Assembly (NCBI RefSeq): GCF_963921235.1
Contig: NC_086098.1
Span: forward strand, 61,070,001 to 61,134,000
Source of the DNA: Mobula hypostoma
Lineage: Eukaryota
Length of the DNA: 64,000 nucleotides
Direction: 5' to 3'
The position numbers were made by a program, and so were the translations under genes. The notes under the pieces were generated by a model. It saw nothing but the letters and a program-made list of their open reading frames with translations, did no database searches and was not told the origin of the DNA. Positions 62,225-64,000 of the stretch are shown piece after piece; the stretch's first letter is position 1, and the number at the start of each line of letters is the position of its first letter.

Positions 62225-63290
62225 TCAGAGAATTGGGGATGATACACTGGTATGGATTGAGGACAGAAAACAGAGAGTTGAGGGTAGAAATAAAGTGGTT
62301 ATTTTTGGTTTGGGAGGCGACAAGCAACAGGGTCAGGGCTGATTCCTGGCTGTTCACAATCATCAATAGATGATTCAGGTGAGGGGAATTTAGTGTAACA
62401 GGTCCAATTTGCAAGTGGTACATCATTGGATGGAAGTGTGTGCTGTGAGCAGGATACAAAAAGTTTAGAGGTACATGGGCAGGATAAGTGATTGGCATAA
62501 GTTAAGGAAAAAAATGAAGTAGGAGGTAAAAAAAAATGGTGAAAGGTATGAAGAGATCTGGATGTGTTCGTACAAAAATCATTGGAAGTGAATGTGCAAA
62601 TAATTAGAAAAGCCGACAGGGTGTGAGTCTTTATTGGAAGAGGTTTGGATTCAAGTATACAGAATAGGCAGTCCAGTTGTATCCAGCCTTGGTGAGATAT
62701 CTGTGATTTTGTATAGGTCTGATATCAATGCCAAAGGAAAGACCTATACTCACAATAGCTTTCTCGATTGATCACAGGAGCTGCGATCTGTCCTATGAGG
62801 AGTATTTAAAGAGGCTGGTCTATACTATCTTGGGTTTAGAAGAGGTGATTGCACGGATATACAATTCTAGAAAGTACGTGAAGCTGACAGCCTGATATTG
62901 AAGATGAGAACCAAGAGAAAAAGGATCTTGTACTTTCCAGATATATATGACAAAATCTTCTTGGGCTTCCAGCCGGATACCAGTATTGAATTTAATTGAC
63001 GTTTCAATGACGTCTGTACCCGGCTGGAAGCCTAAGAAGAGTATATTGGAGAATCAGGAGGTTAACAGTCTCAAAAATAAGGGGTTGATAATTCAAGCCA
63101 GAGATAAGAAATCTCAATTATTTGGAATTCTCTACCCAAAGATGCTGCAAATGATTGGGTGAATAATATCCAAGTCAGGGAATTTACTAAATTAAAATAG
63201 AAATGCAGAAAAGTAACCTAAGTAAAAGATCAGCCACGATCTTGCTGAATGATGGAGTAAGCAATAAAGGAGTAAATGACCAACTTCTTA
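62225..63290 (+). mobile_element. Old CR1 3' fragment
   Basis: Degenerate RT remnants and 3' UTR 'gatcagccacgatcttgctgaatgatggag'. Confidence 0.65.
62918..63048 (-). mobile_element. Mini hairpin insertion from a second PLE-like family
   Basis: 25-bp arms 62956-62980 / 63016-63040 (23/25); minus-strand GAAACGTC hammerhead half in the loop; about 35-nt one-sided tail; TSD gagaaccaagag (62906-62917) / gagaatcaggag (63049-63060). Confidence 0.7.
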
Positions 63291-63549
63291 TGCATGGTGG
63301 AAAGATCTTGAGGAGGAACGGAGAGAGGTCTGGAGAAGAGGCAAGGGGAGGGAGAATGTCAACACGGGGGTAGTGTTTTATACTGTTTATCTTGTGCAAT
63401 CTAACGAGATTTACCGGAATAAGGGCGTGGTCTCTTCTAATTAAGACAGAACTATTAAACAGATCCTGCCTACATTGCCATTTCCTGATTTCAGGAGTGT
63501 AGTATGCAGTTAGAAATAAGAATATTCTTTTTTGCTCATTTACAAAAGG

Positions 63550-64000
63550 AAGGGCTCGCGAATTTCTCTGAGCGCCCGTAGCTTGGAAGATCGAGAACCC
63601 AAGCCTGTCATCAACCTGACGAACGAAGTAGGTTCAGGATTAGTCGTAAAACAATTAGCAGTAGCAATATACTTTTTTTGTCTCTTGTTTGTTGCCATAA
63701 TGAAGCCCGCCTTCATTATTTTAGTCATCTTATAATTTGCCTTTCTTTCGGATGAATATTAGTCCAGACTCCGAAAGAACACTTCCTAGAGCTCGTCAGT
63801 TCCTCCCTTCGTGCCTCCTCTACTCTTCCCAGCGTACTTTTCCACCCTCTCCTAGTGTCCCCACTCTCCCTTAGTTCTCATCCGTACACCACACCCCGCA
63901 GCCCTCAGCCCAAACGCCATTCGCGCCCTTTCGCTGGTCGCTGATACGAGCACGTGAGGCCTGCCGACCGTTTTCTGATACCGAGAGTCGTTTACGCTGA
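63550..64000. promoter_or_regulatory. Edge of a CpG-rich, promoter-like region (gene not identifiable within the window)
   Basis: Sharp rise in CpG and GC content with no recognisable repeat homology; E-box CACGTG at 63951-63956. Confidence 0.5.

Overview
Vertebrate genomic DNA, most likely a cartilaginous fish (inferred from HE1/V-SINE-type SINEs and the CR1/Rex1/Penelope repeat mix). It is not microbial and has no CRISPR array. One intact protein-coding gene is present: an intronless KCNF1 (Kv5.1) on the minus strand (39204-40652), with a CpG-rich promoter and a long AT-rich, repeat-poor downstream region. A second CpG-rich, promoter-like stretch begins at the right edge. Nearly all other ORFs are decayed transposon pieces: many CR1 LINEs (some with SGNH-esterase ORF1, deeply nested), Rex1/Babar LINEs, Neptune-type Penelope-like elements (PLEs) carrying minimal hammerhead ribozymes and inverted-repeat/tail architecture, a full-length degenerate hAT transposon, an 80-bp hAT MITE, a Hero-type RLE retrotransposon end, an RTE-like remnant and tRNA-derived SINEs. 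The best candidate for an undescribed system is a Tx1-clade LINE whose very short 3' UTR runs, with no poly(A), into most of a U1 snRNA followed by a 3'-box-like motif. This suggests a U1-snRNA-targeting (or U1-tailed) Tx1 family. Boundaries of old repeats are approximate and were set by eye.
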